From Lama guanicoe (Eukaryota), in the NCBI GenBank assembly GCA_013239625.1, contig MU054925.1:310001-374000 (forward strand): DNA of 64,000 nt, written 5' to 3'. Below the pieces are notes generated by a model. The model saw nothing but the letters and a program-made list of their open reading frames with translations. It searched no databases and was not told the DNA's origin. The position numbers were made by a program, and so were the translations under genes. How positions within the stretch are numbered: position 1 is the stretch's first letter; every line of letters begins with the position of its first letter. This document shows positions 11,642 to 24,136 of this stretch, piece after piece.

Positions 11642-12103
11642 CAGGTGTACCTCGGAGATACAGTGGTTCAGTTCCAGGCCACCACAATAGGGCGAGTCAC
11701 ACGAATTTTTTGTGTCCCAGTGCACATAAAAGTTATGTTTACACTACACTGTAGTCTTAAGTGTGCAGTAGCATTATGTTGAAAAAAAGTACATACCTTA
11801 GTACAAACACTTTACTTCTAAAAAATGCTAACCAGCAGGCGAGCCTTCAGTGAGTCACAGCAATAACATCAAAGATCATTGATGTCAGATCCACATAATA
11901 TAATAATAATGAAAAAGTTTGCAATATTGCAAGAATTACCAAAATGTGACACTGTCACAAGAAGTGAGCAAATGTTGTGGGGTAAGATGGCACCGACAGG
12001 CTTGCTCAAGGTGGGGTTGCCACAAACTTTTCAACTTGTTAAAAAAAACACAAAAAACAAAAAATGCACTACCTGTGAGGTGCAATAAAGTGAGGTCTGC
12101 CTG
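11642..12103 (-). mobile_element. Internally deleted Tigger1 (Tigger1a-type) DNA transposon
   Basis: TIRs CAGGTGTACCTC / GAGGTCTGCCTG with TA flanks on both sides; Tigger1 subterminal sequence. Confidence 0.85.
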
Positions 12104-12449
12104 TATCTGCAAGTTTATGTTTGAGGTTTACCTTCCACTCCAGCGCAGAAGCATCAGTTAACCAGTATTTACCAAGCACCTCCGTGTGCTAGGCGCTGTT
12201 CCTGGTGGGTGGACGCAGCATAACAGAGAAGACAAAGAGCCCTGACTTCCTGGGTGAGGTTGGGGGGTGGGGGTGGGGAAGACAGATGATTTGTGAACAC
12301 GATGCATGGCACTGACTCAGGTCAGGATAGAAACAGCCAGGCAAGGGAATGCCTCCGTGCATTGCAGGGCAGGACAGCTTAGCTTCTGTCCTCTGGCCCA
12401 GCACCGAGCCCAGCACCTGGTCATCACTTGCCAACGGCAAAGCTCTCAT

Positions 12450-12745
12450 GTTTTGGCAGGTGACATGAGCCTAGCACTGTCGCAAGCCTTTTGTGGCATT
12501 TACTCATTTAATACTCATTGTGGGGGAAGGGTATATAGCTCAGTGGTAGAGCGCATGCTTAGCATGCATGAGGTCCTGGGTTCAATCCCCAGTACCTCCA
12601 TTTGAAAAAAAAAAACTAAATAAATAAACCTAATTACCTCCCCAGCCAGCAAAAAAACATTCATTGAGCAACCCAGGAGGTGGGTACTATTACCATTCCT
12701 GCTCGCTTGGTGAGGACACTGAGGCCCAGAAAGATTCAACCCCCA
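12450..12745 (-). mobile_element. MIR remnant split by a younger SINE
   Basis: tactcatttaatactca…caacccaggaggtgggtactattaccatt…tgaggacactgaggcccaga (MIR core). Confidence 0.65.
12522..12657 (+). mobile_element. tRNA-derived camelid SINE (vic-1 type)
   Basis: GGGTATATAGCTCAGTGGTAGAGCGCATGCTTAGCATGCATGAGGTCCTGGGTTCAATCCCCAGTACCTCCA plus A-rich tail; TSD atactcattg / acattcattg. Confidence 0.9.
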
Positions 12746-13378
12746 CCCTGGGCCCTCAGTCACTCAGTATCAGCTGGCCTGAAGGCCCCCTGCTACCCAC
12801 TAGACCATCTGGCCAGATGCTGGTGGCTTACGGCAGAAACCAACACATGGTCCTTGGCCAACAGTGCCCTGTGAAGCCCAGGTGATCTAATTATACAAAC
12901 AGGCATTTTACCCCTAGTAAAGTAATTGCTCACATTCTTACTTTTAAATGCAGACCAGCAACCCCTGTGAACACCTGCACTGTCTCAGTGGGTTGCTCAG
13001 GTGTTCACACCACACCCTCCAGGGGCTGCCCAGTGGTACCCTGCCTGCCCTGCACCTTATCGGGTGTCCCTGAGAACAGATCACTCCTGAGAAGCAGCTC
13101 TGATTCCATCTAGCTTATAGCTGAGGACACAGGCGCTGAGGGCTGTGCGCGGCTGGGGAGAAACTTGGACCTGGGAAGCCCCCACCCTGGGCCTGGCCGC
13201 ATAGCTCTCCCTCCTGCTCCGCACGCCCCCTGCTTGACCCGGCCCTCTCCACACCTTCCCCCCAACTTCTGACTCCAGCCCCAACTTTTGGGCAGAAGAA
13301 GGGTCTGCAGCCAGGACTGTGGATCATGCCCCTGCCCCCACCAAACCACAGCAGAGCCTGGCATTGGGCAAACAAATC

Positions 13379-13384
13379 TTTATT
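13379..13384 (-). terminator. SLC26A6 poly(A) signal
   Basis: AATAAA on the minus strand ~230 nt after the stop, followed by GU-rich sequence. Confidence 0.8.
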
Positions 13385-13611
13385 CCTGAGACTAAAACCA
13401 TGTATGCTCCTCCAACTTGCCCAGTGCCTCATCGCAGGCCTAGAGAATTGAACTTGGAGTCCCAGGACCTCCATCCCTGAGTTGTGTGTGTGTGTGCATG
13501 TGGAGGGGACTCCTGGGGAACACATGGAGGCAGCCCAGGGGTTGGGGGGTTCTCATGGGTACCCCATCACAACCTCCAGATGTGAGCAGTCTCAGGCAGG
13601 GGGCAGCACGG

Positions 13612-16600
13612 TCAGAGTTTGGTAACCTGGCCAGGGAGAGGAGAGAGGCTCCTGTCAGTTTCCAAAGGACACATACCACCCCCTCTCCCAGGAGCAGCTT
13701 CATCTAAAGGCAGGAGGGAAAGGCAGGGGGTCCCCAGTGGGCAGAGCCATTCAGAGCCATCCAGGCAGGGTGGACTTCCTGTAACTGGGCTCAGGGTGGG
13801 ACAAGCAGTAGATAAACAAAAAGAGCTTGGCCAGAGGTCAGCTCACCGAAACAGGGCTGACGGGGCTGGACCTCAGACGCTGGAGTGCAAAGATGACAGC
13901 ATCGTGGACAGAGGCAAAGAGATGCTGCTTGGTGATAGTTGCATCGAAGAAGTGCCCGGCCTCAAGCTGGGTGATCACGGGAGCTGGAGGTAAGGAGAGG
14001 TCTCTCCTGACTCGCAGAACCACCAAGAAACCCAACCCCCAGGCACCAGCAGAATGTCACCTTGACTTTCACTCCTGAGGTTTATAGCTAACCTCCAACA
14101 CTTGACCCTTGACCTCTGCCTCCCAGGACACCTCTGACCTCCAGTTTCAGATAAAGACTTTCTCCCTGTGCCTTGGCAGATACCTTGGCTGGAATCCCCA
14201 CACCCCACCTGGACCACTCCTGGTGTCCCCACCCCACGTACAGTGACAGGAGGCCATGTACACTTCCACCTCGATCTCCCGGAAGTCACGGAAAATCTGC
14301 AGCAGAAAGGGGGGCCAGCCTCAGGGGGAGGCTCAGGGGTTCTGAGTGGGGACTCAGGCAGGCAGCAGGGGTCCGAGGGGGAGCTCAGAGAGTCTGGGGA
14401 TCAGGCTCAGAGGGTTCTTGGACCTTGTCAAGGGGTCAGAGTGGAGAGGCCTCATCCCCCCCGCCAGGGCCCATCTCAGGGGTGCCCCCAGCCCCTTACA
14501 TTCTTCAGGCTTTTGAGGAACACAGTGTCTACAAAGGAGAGGGCGCCCAGATCCAGGATGAGGCTGTGGAAATCTGGCTGAGGCAGGCCCAGGGCCTTCA
14601 GTGAGGACATGTCTGGGGCCTTGGCATCTTCTGGACCCCTGGCTGCCATATCCTCTAGCTCATTCCCTGCAGTCCCCTGCTGGGGAAGCAAACACACTGC
14701 GAGGGCCGCCCGTGGTGGGTGAAGGCAGAGAATGTGCAGAGATGTGCAGAGACGCACAGGATCAGACGTGGGAGCGTGAATGTCAGCTCCCACATATATG
14801 GGGCATGCAGGGGACACATGAGGACATGGACACAAGGAGCCTGTATGTCAAGACAGGAGGGACACATGGGGACACACAGGAGAGGATGCCCAGACTCAGG
14901 GAGCACACGCAGACATGCATCTCCTGCTCTTTTATCCCCGGGTTCAGCCTTAATAGGGATGCTTAAGAAGGAGGGGTGCTGGGAGACCATGCCCCATCTT
15001 AAGCCAGAGTGGAGTGGGCAGGGGGCTCGGGGATAAACCAGAAGACACATGTGGACACATGTGGATACATAGGTATCTTGGACTTTGCCTGAGCCTCTAA
15101 TTGAGATTGGTGTCCCCTTTAATCCCAGATTTTTCCCGCATGCCTCATCCTTTCCCTCTACCCATGAGCACAGACTGCAGGGTCTTATGGAATCCACAAA
15201 TTCAGGGTCTTCACCTAGACCTCAGATTACAGACCCGAGAGCCACAAGCAGAACTGGGTGGCACATCACTAGAGATCTCCCCACAGAGCTTCTGATCCAT
15301 TGCCTCATTCCTCCTGCCAATGGCACAACAATCTGGAATCCATAGCTTGTGGGTCTACGAATTTCCCCACAGGTCATGCCCGGGCACCCTCATCTCTGCA
15401 GCGCATGGCTGGCCCCTCTCCCACCTCCAGCCGCACCTTGGCCTTGGAGTCCTCTGCATTGCTGCTGTCGATGTCGGCGACACTGGCGTTGACACTGATG
15501 GAAACCGAAGTGCCCTTGGAGGCGGCAGCCTGGGCCGGGGAAGAGGGGGGCTAGAAAGAGCTGGCCCAGCTGTCGTATGACAGGCTGGCCTGGTGTCATC
15601 CACTGGCTTTGGGAAGGTAGGTGGATCAGGACCTGAAGTTTGGGACCCAGGGCAGCCAGGCTGAAGGCCTTGGGGTTTGGACCAGCTTCAGGGATAGCCA
15701 TAAATGGAATATGACTGTGGCAGTTCACGCTGTCACCAGCTTAGCAGGTGAGAGAAAGACAAAATGGCCCCTCTAGAGCCTTGACCTGCCAGAGGAGTAA
15801 AGCAGGGTCCCCGAGAGCATCAGGGAGAGAGGAGGAGGGATGAAGAATGAGGTGGGAAGCCAGGAGGCTGGGAAAGGCTGGGTGGGGTCAGCGGCAGGAG
15901 TCGCTGGCTCAGAGGGGCCCCTGCCTGTTTCAGGAGCTTATTCTCCTTCTGCAGTCGCTTCAGCTTCAGCTCCTGCTTCCTGAGCAGCTTCTTCTTCTGG
16001 GAGATGAGGTGGTCCACGTCCACACCGCACTAGAACAGAGGGCAGGGCAGGGGATGTGGACCCTGGGGAGGTGAGGAGCCCTCTGCCACTTACTCCGTGG
16101 ACCCCAGGCCTCACCCTCTGCTTCAGCGCGTCACTGTAGAGCTCAGCGTTGGCAAAGTACACGGTGGCCGAGGAGCGGAACACCTTCACGCCCGGGACCT
16201 CCCTGGCCTGCAGATGGGTCAGAGTTGGGGGTGGCTGAGCCCTCGTCTCTCCTAGCGGCATCCTGTTCTCCTTTCTTTCTTCTCTGTGTGCCTCCCATAT
16301 CTGTCCCCTCCAACCCTCTGCTCCCCAGGGAGATAGAGGCCCAGCCTGCCCAGGTTATTCTGACCCCTTATCCTGTTCCCTCTGCCAGGCCCTCAGCCAC
16401 CTTCTCTTCCTTCAGGGCATCCTGAACCTCTCCTGCTCCATTTCCCCTGCCTTTCTGCCAACACCCAGGCCAGGTTTCAAAGGCTCTCAGCCTCCACTTG
16501 GGTCTCCAGTCCCTGCACTGTGGGCTGTTTTCTGCGTATGGACAGACGGCCCCACCTCAGCTGCCAGACCAGCCAAGCCTTCCCTGGCTCCCACCCAAGT

Positions 16601-19600
16601 CAGGCTCCCACTCCAGGTCTCTGCTCAGCATTTGGGCCCAAGTGATGTCCTCTCCCCACCACTTCCCTTTCCATCCAGCTGAGCTGCTCCCCTGATGTCC
16701 TCCCCTCATTTTGCCTCATCATATTGTGCTCAGCCCTCAAGGCTCCATCTCAGGCAGAATGATCTGGTTTTATTCCAGAGCCCCCACCTTTGTTCCCAGA
16801 GCTTGGCATGAGACTTCTCAGGTGGTAAATGAGGGACAGAGATTCAGTAAACCCACTGATCAGATCAAGAAACAGTCTCCCCTACATCCTGGTGCCCTAG
16901 AGCTTGCTGCTCAGCATTCCTGGCCCAAGGCTATTCTGCAGGATGAGGCTTGTACGGCTGCCTCTAACACAGACCCTGTCCCCCAACCCCCAGGCCCATA
17001 CTCTGAATGGAAGGGTCATAGACCCAAATTTCTCCCTTGAAATTCCAAGGTCCAAAGCACCCTTAGTGCCCCACTATGCTGTTTTTGTCCCACCCCATCC
17101 ACGCCTTCCTCTTGCTTAGTCCCTGCCACTCACTTCTGAGTACTCTGCCACATCTCTGTAAATATCCGTGTCTGGCACCTGGCCCAGGACAGAGTAGTGG
17201 GGCCTGTGAAGGAGAGAGTGAGTGTGAGATAAGAGTGGTGTTAGGAGAAAGAGTGACAAGGGGGTACTAATGAGCCTGGGGTCACCCTCAAGATGTAGGA
17301 AAGCTGGGGGAAGCCAGGGTGGACTCCTTCATCAGCTGGAATGAGGGTACCAAAGAGGTGACTCACATCTGTGTGCGGACCACCACGAGCAGCAGGGAGA
17401 AGACTACTGCCACTACCAGACCAATGTCCAGGTTCAGCAGGATAGTGGCTACAAAGGTCACCAGCCAGATGAGCTGAAAATAGAAGGGCAGGGGTCAACA
17501 GGGTCTAGATGGGCCACTGGGGCTGAGGGGCCTGCTCCTGCCCCCGGCACCCAGGCCTCTCACCAGATCCACTCTATTTGCCTTCCAGAGGGAGCATATG
17601 TCTCTGAACTGCATCAGCATGCCCTTCAGATTCACGATGATGACGGCTGCCAGGACTGCCTAGGGGACAGGAGCGCGGCAGCAGGGACTAAGAAGTGCCC
17701 GGAAGCCGACAACCCAGACTGCCTGGGCATCAGCCATGCTGATCCCAAGAGTCTCAGTATGACCCCAAGTGACACTGACCACCACCTGCCCCCCTCACCT
17801 AACCTGCATCTGACTCTGAAAAGTTCTCACCCATGACCCTTGACTCCAAATTTCACCCCAGAGATCGCAAGCTTGACAAACAGCATGACCCTGTATCCCT
17901 CCCCCTTACCCAGGACCCGAGTGACTGATCTGCATCCCTGGCCTGGCCAAGGCCCTCAGGCCTGGCTGGGTGGGGGTGGGGGTGCAGGCTCACCTTGGGC
18001 AGGTCTTGGAAGAGTTCACCAAGTTTGAGGATGATAATGAGGATGAAGAGGGAGGAGACGGCTCCAGCCACCTGCGGAGTGGGAGTACGCAGGGAGTGGG
18101 CCCGTGTACAGGGGAACTGGGGGAGCAGGGGGTAGGGAGAGAGAGGGAAAGGGGAGGCACAGACGCACACCCCCGCCCACACCTGAAACCCACCTGTGTG
18201 TTGCCCCCGGTGCTCTCCTGAACCAGGCTCCGGGACATAGAGCAGCTCACAGGGAAGCACTGGAAGATGCCCCCGATGAGGTTACTAAGGCCGAGGGCCA
18301 CCAGCTCCTGGAGGGGGGAGTCCAGGTGTGAGGATCTTTCACTAGCAGTGCCTGGTCACTGCGTCTAGGCCCACCTCCATCCTCACTCAGTAGTCCCCAA
18401 AGACTTGGCTGCTGTCCCCTGCTGTCCTGCTCTCCCATCCTCAGTCCCCCCTCCTGGCTGCAGCCCATCTGTTTGCTGTTTCCCTGTGTCCCTAGGCCCT
18501 GGGGTCCCTGTACACCTGCCCCCTCATGTCCCTCATCCCATCCCCCAGACCTGGTTGCTGTCCACCCGGTAGCCATGCCTCAGGGCGAAAATCTTCCCCA
18601 GCGAGATGGCAATGGCGAACCCAACCACAGCGATGGCGAAGGCATTTCCCACAAGCTTGGCAAACAGCTGGGGGCTGGGGGCCACTGGAGGCAGCATCCT
18701 GTGAGGGGCATCCGTGAGGCCACAGGAAGGTTCTGGCCCTGGCCACCCAAACCCTCCCTGACCCAACTGGGGCCAGAGCTCACCCTGCAGGGATTTTGCC
18801 CACGACATCCACCCCAAATCTGTGCTGCAGGCCCACGCCGTAGGAGATGCCCGTGGCCCCGATGAGCTTGGGGGGAGAGGACAGAGTCAGGGGAGGGAGG
18901 TGCCAGCACCATTGTTAAGGGGGATGGAGAAACCACTCTGGGGGTGAAGGAAGAAGCCTGAAGCGAAATCTTCAGAGAGGTGGGGAGAAGTCAGCAAAAG
19001 GGTGAGAGACAGACACCGCCATTTGGGGAAAGGGGAGATGCTGTAGGGGACTATGCTGTGGCCTCCCCAGTCCTCAGGAACGCTTATCACTGCCCACTCC
19101 AGCTAGTCTTTCAATACCTTGTGGATGCCCATGTGGCAGGGACATATTCTCACTTGCCCTTCCCCCGTGCCCCAACACCCTGAGTTCGAACCGTAAGCAG
19201 CTCCCCGGGGATCGGCAGGGGCAGATGTCGACGTAGTTTGTCATTCAACAGCTTCACCAGCACGAGTACCACCCCTGCCACAACTGCGGTCACCATGGTG
19301 CCCACCACGCTCTGGGGCAGCTTCCAGCAGACCTCCAGTACTGTCTGAGGGGAGACAGGGTCACAGCCAGCGCTCAAGGTCCTGGGCACACCCATCAGTT
19401 CCTCTTCCCACCCTCCAGTCCCTCCTCCTACCCTCACTCACATAGATGAGGGACAGCGGCCCAGAGCGGCTGCTCAGATAGAGGCCAAACACATACTTGA
19501 GCTGCGAGACGAAGACCTGCACGGATGCAGCTGTGGTATAGCCGCGGACAAGAGGCTCAGACAGGTAGGTGACCACAAAGCCGAAATGCACCAGGCCTAG

Positions 19601-22600
19601 CCCCACCTGTTGGGTGGATGGGGCAGTCAGAGGAGGAGAGGGTCCTAGGGGTGGCCAGAGCAGAGCCCAGGGCAGGTGGGATCAGAGGGGTATGAGTGAT
19701 GGAGGGGGAATACGGTGATGGCCCGACACTCAGGGGAACTGGCAGATGGGGTTGGGGCTGGGTTGGGCAGTCGGGGGCATGTACTCCTGACCTGGAAGAG
19801 GCCAACCAGGACACTGAGTGTGGAGGCCAGCTGCACCCGGGCAGCGTCTCTGGCCGTTACATTGACTGTGGAGTTCAAGTCCTGCAGGAAGGCCTCATCT
19901 GGGGCCAGGGATTCTGTCACACTGCCCACCATCACGGACATGATAGCAAAAGTGCCTGCAGAGACAGATCAGGGTAGGTCTCAAAGATAAAGGACACTGC
20001 CCTGCCCTGCAGCCCTGGTCTTAAGGGAGAGGCCAGGAGACATGCAATTCTAGACAAATATCCTCAGACTAGGCCATGCAAATAGAGGCAAGGCTGTCAG
20101 TCAGACATGAACCCTAAGTTCAAAGCTCTTGAGGGCAACTAGAAATGTTCAAGGACTCTTAAGTGCAGCCCCCATCATCTACCTTGACCGACCTGTGTCC
20201 ACTGGCTCAGGACCGCTCCCCTTGTAAAAGGTGGAATGGGGAAGAGAGCATGACCTGCCTCAGGCTATCAGTTCTGTTCCAAGTCTGGGCCCCTTGAGTT
20301 GCTTCACTCACCAGCTGACCCTGGCCCAGTTGCTCCTAGGACAGGGCCTCTGTGGAACCTGAATCTGTGGCTCTGTGGTCAGAGGTCCAGTGCTGCCTGG
20401 GAATGACCCTTGGGCCGGCCTCCCAGCAGCCCAGCACCAATGCCTCCCTCCCTCTTTCTGATGTTTCCTTGCCCTGCTCAGCCCTCCCTCACCCTTTCCT
20501 CTGTGGAGAATGTGAACAGCCTCCTGTAAGGCTGGGCCTGCTCCACTCACCCACGGAGATGTGCCGGGAAGTGCCGAATAGGAAATAGATAAAGACAGGG
20601 TAGAAGGAACTGTAGAGGCCAAACACAGGGGGCAGTCCAGCCAGAAGGGCGTAGGCCAGGCCTGGGGATGGAATGGTAGCAATGTAGGCTTGGAGGACAG
20701 GACCTTGAAAGGATGAGGGAATCCCAGCCCTAGGTCATGGGCCATAGTTCCAGGGGCAGGGGTCATGGCTTCAGGTTTGGAGTAGGGGGTGTTGCAGACC
20801 ACAGGGCCTCCAGGCCAGGGCCTTGAACGGTCAGGGTCACCACCCAAGGGTTAAGGGTGCAGCCTCGGGGCCAGGGGTGGCTCACCCTGTGGTAGCTGCA
20901 TAATGGCCACACTCAGGCCAGACAACAGGTCACCCAGAAGCCACTCACGCACTGGATACTGGGGTAGCCAAGCCAAAATTGGGAGGTATTGGAGCAGAAG
21001 GGCTCGGGCCCGAGCACGGGAACACCTGGAGACACAAGGGTAGGTATTAGGGACAGGTGCTACCTAAGTCCTGCAGGGTTCCCAGCCCCCACCCACCTCA
21101 CCGAAACCAGGTTCGCCATTGGCGGGTCCCAGCTGCTGAACCCCTCCTTCCCAGCTCCTCCAGCCGTTCCTGGTTCAGCAGTGGCCGCTCCACATGGTAG
21201 TCTCGCCTCCTCAGCTCCATCGCATGCGTTGTGGACAGCAGTGCCTGTGTGTCCCTTTGTCTGGGGTGGTGAGGCGAGAGACATAGTGAGGGCACTCCTG
21301 GCCCTACCTCCCCAAGGGACCAGAAAGTCACCCACCTGACTTCTCTAGGTCCCAAGATCTAGGTAGGTCCAACCCCCCCAGCTGGTTCCTGCGGGCTCCA
21401 TGCCCACGCCCAGCCAGGGGCAGTACCTGAACTTTGGCTGGTGGCAGACTCTTGATGGGCCAAAGTCCCCCACGAAGACAGCAGGATGAGCGCAACCAAA
21501 GCTTCAGCCCAGCTGCGACTGCCCAGCCCTGAGTGTTCACCAGTCTGGGTCCCAGGCTGACTGCCCCTCCTAGCCCCCTTCCCTCAGGCCCTGCTCTTCC
21601 CCAGCCAATCCCTGTCTAGTCTGAGTCCTTATCCAACTGCCCATGAGCCCAGTGCATGCTGTCTGGGAGCACATGCAAGGAAGGAATCCAGCAAACTAGG
21701 CAAGATTTTCGTCACATGAGGAGGCTCTAAGAGAAGGTAAGTTTTGGGGCTAAGATTGCCCCTGGGCCTCTGGCCCCAGGGTCCAGACTGTAGACAAGTT
21801 CAGGCCTCTTCTGGGAAAGCCAGGGGTGGCTCTCACCTGGAAGGAAAGGTTTCTGCCTGTAAAGGCAAGCTCCCATCTGAAGGGGGAACGATCTCACCTA
21901 AGGGGAAGCTCTCACCTGACAGGAAAGTTTTCACCAGTGAGGTAAGTTCTGTCCTGGGGAGAATTTCTCATCTGCCCAGTAGCTACCACCGAATAAGGGG
22001 AAAGATCTCACTTGGGAATCTAGGAGATGTGGGGAGAGGGAGTTCTTACCCGGGGGAAGCTATCCCAGGAACAGTTCTCACCTGGGAATAGGAGCTCTTA
22101 GAAGGGGAGGGCTTATCTGGGGGAAAGTTTTCACCTGCCAGGAATGTTCCGGTCTAGAGGGGATTCTCACTTAAGGGAAGCTCTGACCTGGGGGAGGCTC
22201 CCACCTATAATGGGAGAAAGCTTTCACCTGGTAGTGGATTCCAGAAAGGGGAGTCTTACCTGGAGGGAAGCTCTCCCCTGCTGGGAAAGCCTTTACCTGT
22301 CAGGAAAGTTCTGATCTGTGAGAAACTCTGACCAAGGTGGGGGATCCCACCCGAGTGGCAGGAGCTCACCTAGAAAAGGCCTCTAACCTGGATGTCCCGG
22401 TTGGAGGAAGGAGTGGAGAGGGTGCAAGGACGATCCTTGGAGACTCTGCATCGCCGTCTCACAGAGATCTTTGAGCCCCCTCGCCCCTCCTCCGTGAGTC
22501 ACTTTAGGTCTTAAAGGGCTCCCCCCCCCGACCCCCCCCCGCAGGATCCGTGCTCGGAAGGCGGGGCTGAAATCTGTGGCCCCACCCGCCTGGGAGGGCC

Positions 22601-23058
22601 CGGCAGGCTGAAAGGCGGGAGAACTAATTCCAGGACCAGTTGCATCGCTGGGTAGACTCAGGCTCCCATTATGGACACTCTTGCAGCGACCTCCCGGGCC
22701 CCAGCGCGCATTTCCTGGGCCGGGGCTCCTCTGCACGCAGCCGCCTACGGGCGGTCCCCGGCTAACCCTCGAACGGCGCTCAAGCGGCTTTCCGCACAGC
22801 CCGCAGGAGCCGAGGTCCCTCCGGCTCCCGCCCCATCCCTCGCTACAGCTGGGCAGCCGCCTGCGTAAGATCGACAAAGCGGTAAACCGACGCGCGGCAG
22901 GCGGGAAATGCCTGCTTGGGACTCGGCGGTACCCCTTCCGCGCTGACCCAAGCCGGGCGCCTGCGCGGGGGCCGAAGGGCGGCCCGCGCCTCGCAGACTG
23001 GAACATGGGGAACCCGGGCCCCGCCCTGCACTCACCCCGGCGCTTCCGATAGCCCCAT
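13612..23058 (-). CDS. SLC26A6: Solute carrier family 26 member 6 (Cl-/HCO3-/oxalate exchanger), 21 exons, 762 aa
   Basis: Exons 23036-23058, 21102-21260, 20886-21025, 20551-20661, 19792-19955, 19442-19606, 19192-19344, 18784-18866, 18551-18698, 18194-18307, 17994-18071, 17564-17659, 17367-17473, 17134-17203, 16115-16207, 15925-16029 (GC donor), 15437-15529, 14500-14679, 14242-14296, 13847-13983, 13612-13626. Sum 2289 nt in frame. SLC26 signature [28 protein letters not shown] domain, C-terminal PDZ motif VTKL. Confidence 0.97.
21261..21320 (-). ncRNA. Segment homologous to the human mirtron-like MIR6824 at the 3' end of SLC26A6 intron 1
   Basis: GGGGAGGTAGGGCCAGG…TGTCTCTCGCCTCACCACCCCAG ends at the acceptor and resembles the human hairpin as recalled. 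Function in this species unsupported. Confidence 0.3.
21820..22392. repeat. Degenerate ~18-20 nt tandem array (GGGAAGYTCTCACCTG) in SLC26A6 intron 1
   Basis: Roughly 25-30 diverged units visible by eye, e.g. 21902-21918, 22120-22137, 22174-22190, 22283-22299. Confidence 0.85.
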
Positions 23059-23420
23059 GGCTGGAGGGCAGCCCAGAGGCGGCAGCTCCTACACCTCCGG
23101 CAGGAGGCCGCTATGGCCCGAAAGGCGAGTCCGGGACCAAGGCAACGCCGGAGGCGCGCTCCCAGCGGCCAGTCCCGGGGCAGGACCGGGAAGGCGTGGG
23201 CCAGTCAGCGTGCCGGGGCGGGGCCTAAGGGACGCTCCCCGGGTGTAGCGACCTCCAAGGAGGGAGATTTAACTCCTTCCTCCCCCTGCGGCTTGGCTTG
23301 TGCTCCCCCTCGTGGCCCGCCGAGCTCTCCTCCCTGAGCCAGTTGTTACCGAAAAACTGGGACTAAGGACCCGAGCTGGCCTGGCCGTATCCGCAGCCGC
23401 AGCCGCAGGTCCCTGAGTGG
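22500..23420 (-). promoter_or_regulatory. SLC26A6 CpG-island promoter and exon 1
   Basis: CpG-dense; GC boxes (e.g. GGGGCGGGGC at 23215-23224); ATG at 23058 in CCAGCCATGG context. Confidence 0.8.
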
Positions 23421-24136
23421 GACGAGGCTGATACCAGGTCCTGGCTTCTTGCGGAGGGTCCCCGGGGGATGGGGAGCTGGATGTCTAGGGGCGTGGCTGG
23501 TAACTAGAGCATTAGATCTCTAGGGGGGGGCGGGGGAAGTATCCAGATCCTGGAGGCCGCCAACTGAGAACGCCACCCTCAGGCTTTCCCCCTGAGACCT
23601 CTCTGAGACCGAAGGGGCTCAAAGGCCTCCCTTTAACCCTGGACGCGCAGACCTGAAAGGCTGAGAGGTTCCCCTCTCCTGGACATAGCACAGGCCGGGC
23701 ATCAGGCCCGAAGCCTTCTGCCTGAGTTCCGGAGGAACGCTATGTCCCGGCAATTCCAAGTCTGAGAGGCTCCTCAGTGCTGTCAGTGGGCTGAGGGCAG
23801 TTCCTAAGGTGGGTCTGACTGCCAGAGAAAATGCCAGGTGAGGGCTGCAGGCCCTGCAGACTTAGGAAGCCATCAAGTTGTTGCCTTGACTCTCAGTACG
23901 TGTGCTCATACTTCAGGCCCAACCTCAAGGCCACTGGACAAAATTCAGGATGAAAGAGATCGGAACCTGGTCCAAATCTCCAATGAAATAAGCTAAAAAT
24001 AGCCGAATATTCTTGGGAAGGTGGGTGAGGGCAGTGCTCACATTTCTCCCAAAGGTCAGCCTGGCCTGAATCATTCATAGCCACCCTGGTACCCCACCCC
24101 CAAACAGAAAGAGGCAATAACCATTTTCTATAGAAG

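Noticed and set aside
12530-12600. tRNA gene (tRNA-Ala-like cloverleaf ending CCA)
   Set aside because: Followed by the SINE body and A-tail, flanked by TSDs and present as three diverged copies: a SINE head, not a tRNA.
21820-22392. CRISPR-like array
   Set aside because: Mammalian intron; units are degenerate and abutting, with no unique spacers and no cas genes.
22383-23006. 207-aa ORF in SLC26A6 intron 1
   Set aside because: CpG-island ORF rich in R/G/P/S with no recognisable family; expected from stop-codon scarcity.
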